A stretch of DNA of 63,420 nucleotides. Source: a bacterium (GTDB lineage: Bacteria > Patescibacteriota > Minisyncoccia > Phycocordibacterales > UBA6899). Shown one piece after another: positions 17,434 through 27,440 of the stretch (positions are counted from its first letter, which is position 1; every line of letters begins with the position of its first letter). The position numbers and the translations under genes were made by a program. Below the pieces are notes generated by a model. That model saw only the letters and a program-made list of their open reading frames with translations. It ran no database searches and was not told where the DNA came from. The stretch covers positions 1 to 63,420 of the forward strand of contig JAJZQJ010000003.1 of assembly GCA_021851895.1 (NCBI GenBank), given 5' to 3'.

Positions 17434-17712
17434 ATGCATTTGAACGAGCTTGCAAAACGTATGCGAACCGTGGGAGATGAAAATAGACTCCGGGTGCTTT
17501 GCCTTATTTTCGATGAGCAAAAGATCTGCGTATCGGAAATAGCAGCGAAACTAGGAATGAGCGTTGCTATCGTCTCACATCATCTTCGCGCCATGCAGAG
17601 CGAAGGTTTGCTTTTGCCGGTCCGTGAAGGAAAAAGAGTTTGTTATGTTGTTAGAGATGAAAAGTTCATGGATGATCTGAAGAAGTTCATCTGCACATAT
17701 AATGAGAAATAA
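17434..17712 (+). CDS. ArsR/SmtB-family transcriptional regulator
   Basis: ENRLRVLCLIF...ICVSEIAAKLGMSVAIVSHHLRAMQSEGLL winged-HTH signature. Confidence 0.85.
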   Translation: MHLNELAKRMRTVGDENRLRVLCLIFDEQKICVSEIAAKLGMSVAIVSHHLRAMQSEGLLLPVREGKRVCYVVRDEKFMDDLKKFICTYNEK

Positions 17713-17956
17713 GAATATGAATACAAAAGAAGTCATCGTTTATTCGACTCCAACATGTCCATACTGCGTCTATGCGAAACAGTTCTTCCGAGAGCATGGA
17801 GTTGCATTCAAGGACGTCGACGTGAGCATTGATCGCGCTGCGGCGATGGAGATGGTTAAGAAGTCGGGACAAATGGGCGTGCCGGTCATCGATATTGGCG
17901 GTGAGATTACCGTTGGCTATCGTCCAGACGTCTTTGCTCGCCAACTCGGTATATAA
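17702..17956 (+). CDS. glutaredoxin-like protein (CPYC)
   Basis: VIVYSTPTCPYCVYAKQFF...GVPVI. Alternative start at 17717. Confidence 0.8.
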   Translation: MRNKNMNTKEVIVYSTPTCPYCVYAKQFFREHGVAFKDVDVSIDRAAAMEMVKKSGQMGVPVIDIGGEITVGYRPDVFARQLGI

Positions 17957-17996
17957 CACCCTGTGGGGTGTTTTATCTTGGTGCTATAATCCTCAT

Positions 17997-18410
17997 ATGC
18001 AACAGTTCGTCGCGAATCTCAAGAAGAAGGCAGAGCTTCTCCGCATCATGCCCGATCTCTCTTTGCGCATAACATTTTCGGCGATCTCGATTATGCTCAT
18101 CGTGTCCGCTTTCTTGCTTGGCGAATTACACGGGCGAAGTGTCCGAGCAGAAGAGCAACTTGCAGTAGTTGGAGCACTTCCTTATGTGGATTATGGGGAA
18201 TATGGAGCGAAGGTACGCCCACTGAAGCAGGATGCTGCTGTGGTGAATACGCAGATGCGACTTTATGTCGCATCTCAGAATGGGAAGACCTATTATCCTG
18301 TGGGGTGTAAGTCAGCAGCAAGAATCAAGGAGGAGAATAGAATCTATTTTGGTTCAGTTGCGGAGGCTTCGGCAAGTGGTCTTACTCCGGCGAAGAACTG
18401 TACGTTTTGA
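17997..18410 (+). CDS. membrane-anchored protein with C-terminal Ada-like/sunset-type Cys motif
   Basis: Start MQQFVANL set by tgctataat plus 6 nt. C-terminal YYPVGCKSAARIKEENRIYFGSVAEASASGLTPAKNC. Confidence 0.55.
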   Translation: MQQFVANLKKKAELLRIMPDLSLRITFSAISIMLIVSAFLLGELHGRSVRAEEQLAVVGALPYVDYGEYGAKVRPLKQDAAVVNTQMRLYVASQNGKTYYPVGCKSAARIKEENRIYFGSVAEASASGLTPAKNCTF

Positions 18411-18450
18411 TCATCAAGACATTCATTGAGATAGGAGATATAATCAAAGT

Positions 18451-19554
18451 ATGGAGCGAATATCGAAAGCATTACTATTCTATTTGCGCTATCGGCACAC
18501 CTTCAGCCCGATCATTTTTGCATTGACCTTTATTATCGATGTCGTGACGTTTCCTCGTGTTGATTCGCCTAAAGCAATATTTCTCGCATCGCTATATGCT
18601 GCACTGACATGGGTGCTACTGCTACTGTTCGCGCGAAGCGCGGAGGGTGATATGTCTGATGAAAAACGTCGACGCTGGCATCCTACGACAAAATTGATTC
18701 TTGATATCGTGCTTCAATTCGCTTTTGGCGCGCTCGCCAGTGTGCTCTTCGTGTCTTATCTCAAGGGTGCAGATGCGATAAGTAGTATTCCATTTCTCGC
18801 AATACTCTTTATCTTTGTCACCGGAAATGAATTTGCGAATAATCATCGATCTCGTTTATGGGTTCGTTTTTCTGCGACCGTCTTTCTCTGTTACGCTTAT
18901 GCGCTGTATCTCGTTCCTTTGGCCCGAAACGTGCTCGGAAACAGTTCTTTGCTCATCAGTACTTTGGTTTCCGCTGTTCTTGCTGTGGTTATGTTGATCG
19001 CAGTGCGTACAGTTGCTCCTTTGGTGTTCTCAAAAACGAAGAAGGTCCTTATTGGTGCGACCACATTCATCTTGCTTGGCATGCCGCTTTTGATCGTCAC
19101 GGGAAGCATACCGCCGCTACCGATGATGCTTCGTGAGGGATCGGTGTTGCATGATATCGCACGTGTGAACTCGACTGACTATCTTGCTCGACAAGAGCAG
19201 CAGCCATTCTATGCACGTTTCGGCATTCCTGGTCTTTTACCGCACTATCACATAAGCGTTGGCGAAGGACTCACGTTCTTTACCGCGGTATATGCGCCTG
19301 CAGACATCAAGACGGGAGTGGTGCACCGCTGGGAGCAATATGATGAGCGAGCAGGGAAATACGTCCAACGCTCATTTGTGCCGCTTGCAGTTGCTGGTGG
19401 TAGAGAAAATGGCTATCGAACATATTCTATGGTTGCTCCCATCTCGCCAGGGAGATGGAGGGTGACTGCTGAGATCGGGGCGAGTCAGATCCTCGGTTAT
19501 CGTACGTTCATCGTCGATATCGGGACTCCGAGCCTTGTTGAGGTTATAAAATAA
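18451..19554 (+). CDS. DUF2914-like polytopic membrane protein
   Basis: About 7 TM helices plus C-terminal beta domain (HRWEQYDE...GYRTYS...GRWRVTAE...LGYRTFIV). Confidence 0.6.
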   Translation: MERISKALLFYLRYRHTFSPIIFALTFIIDVVTFPRVDSPKAIFLASLYAALTWVLLLLFARSAEGDMSDEKRRRWHPTTKLILDIVLQFAFGALASVLFVSYLKGADAISSIPFLAILFIFVTGNEFANNHRSRLWVRFSATVFLCYAYALYLVPLARNVLGNSSLLISTLVSAVLAVVMLIAVRTVAPLVFSKTKKVLIGATTFILLGMPLLIVTGSIPPLPMMLREGSVLHDIARVNSTDYLARQEQQPFYARFGIPGLLPHYHISVGEGLTFFTAVYAPADIKTGVVHRWEQYDERAGKYVQRSFVPLAVAGGRENGYRTYSMVAPISPGRWRVTAEIGASQILGYRTFIVDIGTPSLVEVIK

Positions 19555-19583
19555 AACACGCAACGATGGTAGTGCGTGTTTTA
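19553..19583. terminator. bidirectional intrinsic terminator
   Basis: aacacgca-loop-tgcgtgtt between convergent genes. Confidence 0.65.
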
Positions 19584-20843
19584 TGTTGCCGCTGCCGTTC
19601 CTGCGACGTGTCCGGTTGTCCAGCATAACTGCAAGCTATATCCACCAGAGGGTCGGTCGATGTCGAGCACATCTCCGGTGACATAAAGGTTTGCGTATCT
19701 ATCTGAGCGCATGCTTCTTGTATCGACTTCTTTGAGGGGTAGTCCACCTGAAGTGACAATAGCCTTATCTGCGCCGAGAAGGCCTGTTGGGGTAAGGCGG
19801 ATGTGTTTGAGTAGGTTGACGACCCGCTTGCGATCTTCTTTTTTCAGCTGATGTACTTTCATCGCTGGATCGAGTTTGAGTTTTCCGATGACAGCTTCAG
19901 CGAGTCGAGGTTCGAGGATCTCCGAAAGGGCGTTCTTTAGCATCCTATTTTGGGACGGAGCAAGCTTTGATTGAAATTCACGATCGAGCGCCCCTTCGTC
20001 GAGTTTTGGGAAGAGATCTATTTCGATGATGATCGGATCTTCTTTTTGCATCATCCATATCTCCTTGCTCATATTAAGAATGAGCGGTCCACTCAATCCA
20101 AAGTGCGTAAAGAGAATTCTGCCTGTTCGCTTTGTTGCTACTTTGCCATCACGTAACAGCGAGACCTTTGCTTCGGGGTGCGCAAAACCAAGCAGGGCAT
20201 GGGTCCAACGTTCTAGGGTGCGCACTGGAACAAGAGAAGGATTTGGGGCATGTATGGTGTGTCCAAGTGACTTCAGCCATATGAAGCCATCTCCGGATGA
20301 GCCCGTTTCTGGACGTGATGTTCCTCCGGTAGCAATAATGAAACGATCACCTGATATCGTTGTTCCATCTTCGAGCACCGCACCCGTTACTGTGTGACCA
20401 TCAGTGAGCAGTTCTGTCACGCGTGCGTCATTACGTATTTTGATGTGCTCGGCTTCCATGGCGTGCAATAGGGCTTCGAGTACGGATCGAGCACTCTCGG
20501 TTGCGGGGAACATGCGTCCGCCCGCTTCTTCTTTGAATTCTAGCCCAAGCGCAGCGAAGAAGTCGATAGTGTCTCGAACATTGAATTGAGCGAAAGCGGA
20601 GAAGAGGAACTCCTTAGCATCTTTGTATTTCAAAAGTAGTTTGCGATCATCAGTTTCGTTGTTCGTGATGTTGCATCTACCTCCACCGGTGATCAAGAGT
20701 TTTTCGCCGCAGCGGTGATTCCGTTCAAGAAGGAGCACTTCAGCGCCAGCTTTTGCCGCAGAAATCGCAGCCATCATTCCCGATGGTCCTCCGCCGATGA
20801 CAATGACTTTCAGGGCACTCGTGTTTTTTACCGCAATAGACAT
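19581..20843 (-). CDS. NAD(P)/FAD-dependent oxidoreductase, HI0933/BaiN-like flavoprotein
   Basis: VIVIGGGPSGMMAAISAAKAG...LITGGGRCNITN. Confidence 0.8.
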   Translation of the reverse strand: MSIAVKNTSALKVIVIGGGPSGMMAAISAAKAGAEVLLLERNHRCGEKLLITGGGRCNITNNETDDRKLLLKYKDAKEFLFSAFAQFNVRDTIDFFAALGLEFKEEAGGRMFPATESARSVLEALLHAMEAEHIKIRNDARVTELLTDGHTVTGAVLEDGTTISGDRFIIATGGTSRPETGSSGDGFIWLKSLGHTIHAPNPSLVPVRTLERWTHALLGFAHPEAKVSLLRDGKVATKRTGRILFTHFGLSGPLILNMSKEIWMMQKEDPIIIEIDLFPKLDEGALDREFQSKLAPSQNRMLKNALSEILEPRLAEAVIGKLKLDPAMKVHQLKKEDRKRVVNLLKHIRLTPTGLLGADKAIVTSGGLPLKEVDTRSMRSDRYANLYVTGDVLDIDRPSGGYSLQLCWTTGHVAGTAAAT

Positions 20844-20969
20844 CTAGACATACTACTGTATCTATTGCGCCACGACAAGGCGAATTGCAGTTACTACTAT
20901 ATATGTGATAATTGATATATAATAGTATAGTTAACAGTTGGACGCGCGCTGTTTCTTCAAGGTAAACCT

Positions 20970-21461
20970 ATGAAATATCATATTCCAATATCAAGAAGTT
21001 CGGATGACATGGATGAGCGTCCGGTGCGCATCAATCAGAACGGTGGAGTGACAATGCTCGCCGCAATATTCTGGACGCTGATGGTGCTTTCCACTGGAGT
21101 ATATGCGACATGGTATGTCGGTGCGCACAGGAAGGGGGCGCTTGCAACAGCAGGAGAGGCTTCAACAAGTGCCTCAACGGATGCATACATACAAGCGATA
21201 GCACGCAAGATGTTGCTTCCTGAGGATAATACACCTCCTCGAGTTGCGATCATTACCGATCCCGTATTGCTCACTGAAGAACAAGAGTTTTATCGTGGTG
21301 CAGAGGCTGGAGACGTGCTCGTTGTTTTTGAGGATTCAAGGAGGGCAATAGTGTATAGTCCGCGACGAGATATCATCGTAAATGTCGGTCCGATCGTTCC
21401 GAAGAGCATATCGATGAACGAAGGATCTGCAATTGATCCTAGGCTTAGCAGTGGTGAGTAA
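20970..21461 (+). CDS. membrane-anchored hypothetical protein
   Basis: 163-aa ORF with one TM helix. Confidence 0.4.
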   Translation: MKYHIPISRSSDDMDERPVRINQNGGVTMLAAIFWTLMVLSTGVYATWYVGAHRKGALATAGEASTSASTDAYIQAIARKMLLPEDNTPPRVAIITDPVLLTEEQEFYRGAEAGDVLVVFEDSRRAIVYSPRRDIIVNVGPIVPKSISMNEGSAIDPRLSSGE

Positions 21462-21472
21462 CTTAGAAAGTA

Positions 21473-21937
21473 ATGTATCCAGATTATCTTACGAGTCTGT
21501 GGATCATTCTTTCAGGACGAAGTGCGTTTGGAGTGAGCTGGACGTCTTTGCTCGCCGGTGAGGCGTTGATTGTAGTAATAGCGTTTCTCTCAGTGTATGC
21601 ATTTCGGTTCTTTCGTAAACTCACTTGCATTGTTTTTCCGGTCTTGCCTGACTATCTTGATGAGAAAAGGGAGGACCGCAAGTGGTTTCGACTTTCTAGC
21701 CAAATACTACTTTGTGCGGAGTGTGTCTCCGGGAAGCGGGTGAGGTCTTTGGTTCGCATGATTCCAGGCATTGCTCTTGATGAGCGCGGGGTATTCACGT
21801 CTCTGGGGCCAATTCCATTTGAGGGTTTGCTGCATATTGCAAGCACAATGAGGAGTGAAGTGGGCATATTCTCCATCATTCCACTATTTTTGCACAGGGA
21901 GACAAGGAAATTGGTATTTCAAATACACGGCAAGTGA
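21473..21937 (+). CDS. hypothetical protein
   Basis: 154-aa ORF with hydrophobic N-terminus. No motif. Confidence 0.3.
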   Translation: MYPDYLTSLWIILSGRSAFGVSWTSLLAGEALIVVIAFLSVYAFRFFRKLTCIVFPVLPDYLDEKREDRKWFRLSSQILLCAECVSGKRVRSLVRMIPGIALDERGVFTSLGPIPFEGLLHIASTMRSEVGIFSIIPLFLHRETRKLVFQIHGK

Positions 21938-21940
21938 TCT

Positions 21941-22366
21941 ATGGAGACTCAACATGAAATTCGTATATTACTCATCGATGAGAACCCTAAGGTGAGATGG
22001 AGTATCACCGCAGCTTTGGCGAGCCTCGGGATCCTATCGAAGGTGACTGTTGTCGATAGGGTGTGCTCAGTTAATGATCTTTTCATGGGAGAAGCTGAGT
22101 TCGATCTTGCTATCGTTGATCCGTTTGCACTTCTTGGTCACGGGGTTGAACTTTTTGCGAGCATGCATGCACATCCTATCGGGAAGCATCTTCCCGTGCT
22201 CATATATACTGCATCTCATAAAGAGAAGTGGAATGGCTCACATCTCCTTACAAAACCTGCACATAATGATGATCTTGCCATTGCCATCTTGCAGACCATT
22301 CCTCAGTCGAAGGTGAGTGAGCTCCCTGTTTCTGCAGTCCGTGCCTTGACGACAGCATCAGCATAG
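21941..22366 (+). CDS. receiver (REC)-like single-domain protein
   Basis: IRILLIDENP...DLAIVDPF...LTKP layout of CheY-like receivers. Divergent. Confidence 0.55.
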   Translation: METQHEIRILLIDENPKVRWSITAALASLGILSKVTVVDRVCSVNDLFMGEAEFDLAIVDPFALLGHGVELFASMHAHPIGKHLPVLIYTASHKEKWNGSHLLTKPAHNDDLAIAILQTIPQSKVSELPVSAVRALTTASA

Positions 22367-22371
22367 CGCAC

Positions 22372-24564
22372 ATGAGATCAATACGTACAAGACTTCTGCT
22401 TAACGCATCCATTGCGAGTGTCGCACTCTTCATGATCGGTGGAGGTATTTTCTACTTCATATTTTCCTCAGTAAGTGAGGATGCGGTTGGAGGCGCACTG
22501 CAGAGGGAGCTATCACTCACATTCAAACGAATCGATGAATTTCAGGCGGAGCGAGCAAAAGAGCTCGAAGTTTTTGCAGAGTCTGACAGTGTGGCGACGA
22601 TGCTCCTCGATGGTAACTGTGCTCGCCCTGATGATGTTCAAAGGATCGTCATTCCATTTCAGAGAAACGCATGGAATTCTATTGGAATATTCGATGCGAC
22701 TGGTGCAACTTGCGCATACTCAGGTGAGTCGTTTGAACTCTCGGACGTTGAAAAAGATGAACTCAAACGAACATTGAACGGGTCAAATGAGTTTTCCGAT
22801 GCGCTTCTCGATACAAAAACAGGTGCTGCGTATCAAACGGTCATGGTTCCCGTGATCGGAAGCGATATGAACGTATCAGGGGTGGTGTTCGGCCGATTAG
22901 GAGCTACCGCACTATCGAGGCCACTTGGAGACATCGGTACACCCGTACAGCTACTTAATGCTTCTGGGGTGGTCATTGAGAGTATTCGATCGGGTTCGGG
23001 GGTTAATAGAGACGTAGCGTTTCCAGACCCGGTCACGGTGTCCGGGTTTGCATCTACGCTTTCACTTGACGATCATGGAGTTATGCGTGTTGGGGCAAAA
23101 TCATATGTTGTCGCAGTTGCGAGTGAGCCGGGCGTACCAGGATATCAGGGGAAAGGCTGGCGCCTCGTCTCTGTCGATGGAAATAATATGCTTTTTGGTG
23201 ACCGATTTACATTACTCGGCGCTATCTTATTTGGCTTGATCGCAGTACTTGGTGGCCTCGTTTTCTTTGCGCGTATCCCATTTCGCTTGATTCGCGAGAT
23301 GAAGCGCATGGTGAGGTATGTGCAGCAGCGTTCAAGCGGTGCCGTGGCGTTCATTCCGAAAGATATCGATGGAGAGACTCGCGAGCTCTATGGGGCGATA
23401 GAAAAGCTTGCCACACGATATAACATACTCGCGCAGTCTCGAGATGACGGGGCGATCAAACTCGCGCAGGAAGTTTCGGAATGTAAGGACGATAGAGATC
23501 GCTATGCAGTGATGATCGGAGCAATGCGAGAGGGCGCATGCGCACTCGATAATCACGGAGAGATCACACTATGCAATAGCGCTGCAGCGAAGATACTCGA
23601 GAGGAACAGAGATGAGGTGATTGGAAAACACTATCATGACGTATTCCGTGTTTACTCGGACGAGGATATGCAGCGTGAATTCGATCCATTCGAGAAGGCG
23701 CTGCGCTCTGGTGGAATATTTGCAGAGGAGGGGCCGTATTATTTGCTTCAGGCGGGCGGAGGTGCACTTCCTGTGCGCATACAGTCCACGGTCATTCGTC
23801 GTGGTGTTGATCGGGCTTCAGCAGGTATATTCATACTTATTCGTGATGTTGCTAAAGAGGTTGCTGTTGAGCAGTCGAAGAACGAGTTCATTTCGGTGAC
23901 ATCACATCAGATGCGAACTCCGCTTGCGACGATGCGATGGCATATCGAGCGATTACTGAAACCTAGTGCTCCACCTAGTCCTGAAAAATTGAAAGATTAT
24001 CTCAGTCGTATCGAACGAAATAATAAGCGCATGATAAGGCTCACGGATGCATTGCTTGATGTCTCCCGCATCGACTTAGGTACCGCAAAAGAGAAGATAG
24101 AGGTCGTCGATGTTCCTGCTGTTGTAAGGGAAGTACTTGATGAAATAGATGAGGGCACGCTGAGTCAGCGAAAGATCCTTGAGAATTATAAGGGCATAGA
24201 GGGGCAGGTCGTTCGCTGTGATCCTTATCTCGTGCGTGTTGTATTCGAAAATTTCATAGAAAACGCTATCGCTTATACAAGACCAGGAGGCAGGGTCGAG
24301 ATCGTCGCCGCGATCGATGGTGACTCGTTGCGCATAGACGTGGAAGATGACGGGATAGGCATTGCGGCAGATATGAAGGACAAGATATTCTCAAAGTTCG
24401 TGAGAGGGAAAGACGCAACGTCATTGTCTCCAGAGGGCACAGGTCTTGGGCTCTATATAACGAAATCTCTCATTGAGCGTGCCGGTGGCAGGATATGGTT
24501 TACGAGTAATCGTAATGAGGGTTCGACCTTCTCAGTGCGATTTCCATTAGCAGAAGTTAAATAA
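22372..24564 (+). CDS. sensor histidine kinase (periplasmic sensor, PAS, HisKA, HATPase_c)
   Basis: Two TM helices flanking a ~270-aa extracytoplasmic domain. H-box FISVTSHQMRTPL. N, G1 and G2 boxes (ENAIAYT, DDGIGI, GTGLGL). Confidence 0.85.
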   Translation: MRSIRTRLLLNASIASVALFMIGGGIFYFIFSSVSEDAVGGALQRELSLTFKRIDEFQAERAKELEVFAESDSVATMLLDGNCARPDDVQRIVIPFQRNAWNSIGIFDATGATCAYSGESFELSDVEKDELKRTLNGSNEFSDALLDTKTGAAYQTVMVPVIGSDMNVSGVVFGRLGATALSRPLGDIGTPVQLLNASGVVIESIRSGSGVNRDVAFPDPVTVSGFASTLSLDDHGVMRVGAKSYVVAVASEPGVPGYQGKGWRLVSVDGNNMLFGDRFTLLGAILFGLIAVLGGLVFFARIPFRLIREMKRMVRYVQQRSSGAVAFIPKDIDGETRELYGAIEKLATRYNILAQSRDDGAIKLAQEVSECKDDRDRYAVMIGAMREGACALDNHGEITLCNSAAAKILERNRDEVIGKHYHDVFRVYSDEDMQREFDPFEKALRSGGIFAEEGPYYLLQAGGGALPVRIQSTVIRRGVDRASAGIFILIRDVAKEVAVEQSKNEFISVTSHQMRTPLATMRWHIERLLKPSAPPSPEKLKDYLSRIERNNKRMIRLTDALLDVSRIDLGTAKEKIEVVDVPAVVREVLDEIDEGTLSQRKILENYKGIEGQVVRCDPYLVRVVFENFIENAIAYTRPGGRVEIVAAIDGDSLRIDVEDDGIGIAADMKDKIFSKFVRGKDATSLSPEGTGLGLYITKSLIERAGGRIWFTSNRNEGSTFSVRFPLAEVK

Positions 24565-24570
24565 ATACTT

Positions 24571-24984
24571 ATGGCAGAATTCAAAACTAAGAAAATTCTC
24601 GTTGTTGAAGATGAGAAAGACATGCGCGATATCATCGTTGAGACGCTCACCGAAGTCGGATATCCTGTTGTGTCTGCGGCAGATGCTGATGAGGGCTGGA
24701 AGCTATACCGTGACGAGCATCCTGATCTGCTCATACTTGATATTCTTATGCCCGGGAAGAGTGGTCTCTCACTGCTCGACGATATCCGTAAAGAGAAGGG
24801 CGGGGATAAGTTGCACGTGATCATGCTCACGAATTACAACCCAACCAATAGCAATCTCATTGAGCCGATACTGAAGAATGATCCGGAGTACTATCTGATA
24901 AAAAGTGATATCTCCATGGATATATTGTTAGACAAAGTGCGCTCGAGCTTCGAAATGGAGTCGCAAAACAAAAACACCCCGTAG
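24571..24984 (+). CDS. response regulator, receiver domain only
   Basis: KKILVVEDEKDMR...DLLILDILMPGKSG...MLTN. Confidence 0.85.
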   Translation: MAEFKTKKILVVEDEKDMRDIIVETLTEVGYPVVSAADADEGWKLYRDEHPDLLILDILMPGKSGLSLLDDIRKEKGGDKLHVIMLTNYNPTNSNLIEPILKNDPEYYLIKSDISMDILLDKVRSSFEMESQNKNTP

Positions 24985-24999
24985 GAGAGGGGTGTTTAT
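24971..24999. terminator. bidirectional intrinsic terminator
   Basis: aaacacccc-loop-ggggtgttt. Confidence 0.7.
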
Positions 25000-25718
25000 T
25001 GTTCCTTCGTCGTCGTTGGTGTCGTTGAAGAAGCTGTATCAGATGCTGTTCGGAGTTTGTCGATATTCGGGATGAGCTTCTCTATCTGCTCTTGAGTTTT
25101 GAAACCGTAGTATGGCTTTCGGTTTATGATGAGAATCGGTGGATCAAAGTGCGTTCGGTATATCGATTTGAGGGTATCAATCGAAGAAAGTCCGAGATTG
25201 TAGTCGAACGCATAGATATGAAGACGGTCATATTGTTCGCGCATTTGCGTGAGGACGTGGCCCATCTTTATACAATCAGTACATTCTCCCGCATTCGAAT
25301 AGAAATAGATGATCGTGCTGGACATCTCGCCACACTGACGCTGTCTTTCGCGCAGAAGGAGATAGTCTTTGATCATGAGGAGTGAATAGTCCTTCTTGAG
25401 CGAGATCACCTCTTTATCATTGGTGCCACGCTGCTGTTCCATGTCATCGAGGCGACGTGCGAGCTCATTCATCTGTGGAATCTGAGAGCCAGCCGAGGTG
25501 GGCTCATCGCATGCAGCATCGGCGAGAAGCTGATATTGGATCTCTGTCTCGACGATTTGTCTATTGATTCCTGATTCGACATCTTTGATCGCTGCCGTGC
25601 GTAGACTATAGAAATAGTTCGAGGCAAGGAAGGCTACAGCAAAGATGCCTAGTGTGATGATGAATACCACGAGGAATTTACGCTTCGTAATGTTTTGTTG
25701 TGGGGTGATTGATGTCAT
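24996..25718 (-). CDS. membrane-anchored protein, possible thioredoxin-like fold (CxxC)
   Basis: N-terminal TM helix. IIYFYSNAGECTDCIKMGHVL resembles a Trx-fold CxxC segment. Confidence 0.4.
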   Translation of the reverse strand: MTSITPQQNITKRKFLVVFIITLGIFAVAFLASNYFYSLRTAAIKDVESGINRQIVETEIQYQLLADAACDEPTSAGSQIPQMNELARRLDDMEQQRGTNDKEVISLKKDYSLLMIKDYLLLRERQRQCGEMSSTIIYFYSNAGECTDCIKMGHVLTQMREQYDRLHIYAFDYNLGLSSIDTLKSIYRTHFDPPILIINRKPYYGFKTQEQIEKLIPNIDKLRTASDTASSTTPTTTKEQ

Positions 25719-25740
25719 AGTCGTTTATATTGCCACGCTT

Positions 25741-26994
25741 CTAGCGCCATGGGGCTTCTTTAGAAGTGATGAGGTTATAGAGCGATTTCGCAAGCCAGAA
25801 TGGCGCGATGAGACCATAGAGGAAGAGAAACGAGAGCGTTCCTCGAGCTATGGTGTATTGCTTTCGAACGAGACGCACACCGAAAAGGATGTAGAGAATG
25901 GTCCCAAGGAAAAGCACATAGATGATGAGGCGGTTGAAGGTGAGGTCGTACGAGAAGGGGTCGAAGTTCGTATTTGGCCAACCGAAGTGGAAGCCGACCG
26001 CCTGGCGATAGAGGATCTCTTCTCCTATAGATTTTATCACCGCTTTAATGTATGCGACAGTGAAGTAAAGTGCGGTGAAGATGGAGATGAATGCAAAGGG
26101 GAGAGAAAGTACGCCCAGGTACCCGTATTCACTCTTCATGAACATATGCCTATATGAGAAGTATGCGTTTTTGAGGAAGCCGGATACCCATCGGACACGT
26201 TGTTTATAGAGAGCGTAAAGTGTTTTCGGTGGAATTGTCCACACGATCGCAGTATGGGCATTCTCGATCTTCAGCTTATTTGACTGGATGCGAAGCGCCA
26301 TTTCCATGTCTTCGGTGTGGTATGCCGCTCTGAAGTTTCCGATCTTACCGAATAGGTCGCGTCGGAAGATGGAGAATGGGCCTGGAGTCACATAGAGGGC
26401 GTTGATGCGGGAGAGTACTTTTCTGGTGAATGCGCCGACCATGTATTCTATTGCTTGGATATGTCGAAGCCAGTTATCAGGTTTCCATATTTGCACCGAA
26501 GGGGTGACGGAGACGACTTCGGGATCCTTGAAATAGGGGATCATCTCTCTGAGGGCATCAGGCTCGACATAGGAGTCTGCGTCAAGACAGCCAATGAACG
26601 TGGAGTTGCTTTTCTCGATGCCGAGGTTCATGGCCGTGTGCTTCCCGCCGTTTTCCTTTGAAAATATGCGAACACGAGGATTATTGCCGAAGTGCTCATT
26701 TGCCACCTCTAGGGTGTTATCTGTCGATCCGTCATTAACGAAAAGGACGTCGAGCTTGTCTTTGGGGTAATCGAGGTCAAGTATCGAGTTTATCGTTCCA
26801 ACGATGGTTGTTCCTTCATTCCATGCGGGGACGATGATGGTCACCGTAGGGAGTTCCGCATCAGGGGTCCTTGGGTGGGGGACGAAATGCATCTGGTTAT
26901 ACTCCTCAATATAGGTCAGTAGCATGAAGACCTCAAAATAGGTCACCGCAAAGAGGATCGCTATGGTTACTGTTTGTCCGATGAGTTCTAACAT
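25741..26994 (-). CDS. family 2 glycosyltransferase, processive type (membrane-embedded)
   Basis: VTIIVPAWNEG, DAD, QRVRW motif (YKQRVRWVSGF), flanking TM helices. Confidence 0.85.
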   Translation of the reverse strand: MLELIGQTVTIAILFAVTYFEVFMLLTYIEEYNQMHFVPHPRTPDAELPTVTIIVPAWNEGTTIVGTINSILDLDYPKDKLDVLFVNDGSTDNTLEVANEHFGNNPRVRIFSKENGGKHTAMNLGIEKSNSTFIGCLDADSYVEPDALREMIPYFKDPEVVSVTPSVQIWKPDNWLRHIQAIEYMVGAFTRKVLSRINALYVTPGPFSIFRRDLFGKIGNFRAAYHTEDMEMALRIQSNKLKIENAHTAIVWTIPPKTLYALYKQRVRWVSGFLKNAYFSYRHMFMKSEYGYLGVLSLPFAFISIFTALYFTVAYIKAVIKSIGEEILYRQAVGFHFGWPNTNFDPFSYDLTFNRLIIYVLFLGTILYILFGVRLVRKQYTIARGTLSFLFLYGLIAPFWLAKSLYNLITSKEAPWR

Positions 26995-27440
26995 GATGAT
27001 TTCTGGGTTCCCTTAGGGTGGGGCTGTGCTCTCTATCCTATGCAAAATTTAGCCTTATGTAAAGCCCTTTTTTGAAATTTTCTGGGGAAGCGGCTATTGG
27101 GCGTATTTTGCCTTTGGTCGAAAAAACACGCAAAAATAAGGATTTCCAGCATATTTAATCACGATAAGTCAAATTGTCAATGTTTTTTATGGCTCTCAAA
27201 AGGGTCATTTTAAAAAAAGTCTGACGGTGTAGTTCGAAAATATGCCTATATTTAGCCATTATTTTGATATATTCGTAAAATGGTTGCATATTCGGGTGTC
27301 ATCAGTACAATAACCCAGTACTCTTAAAAAGCCTTAGGGGCCCTTCGGGGACCACCTATTGCATAGTTTCCGATCCGCTTCTTCGCACGTCCGTCAGACA
27401 GTTCGTCTGTCTCCACCAGAAGCAGAGTACAAAACTATAT

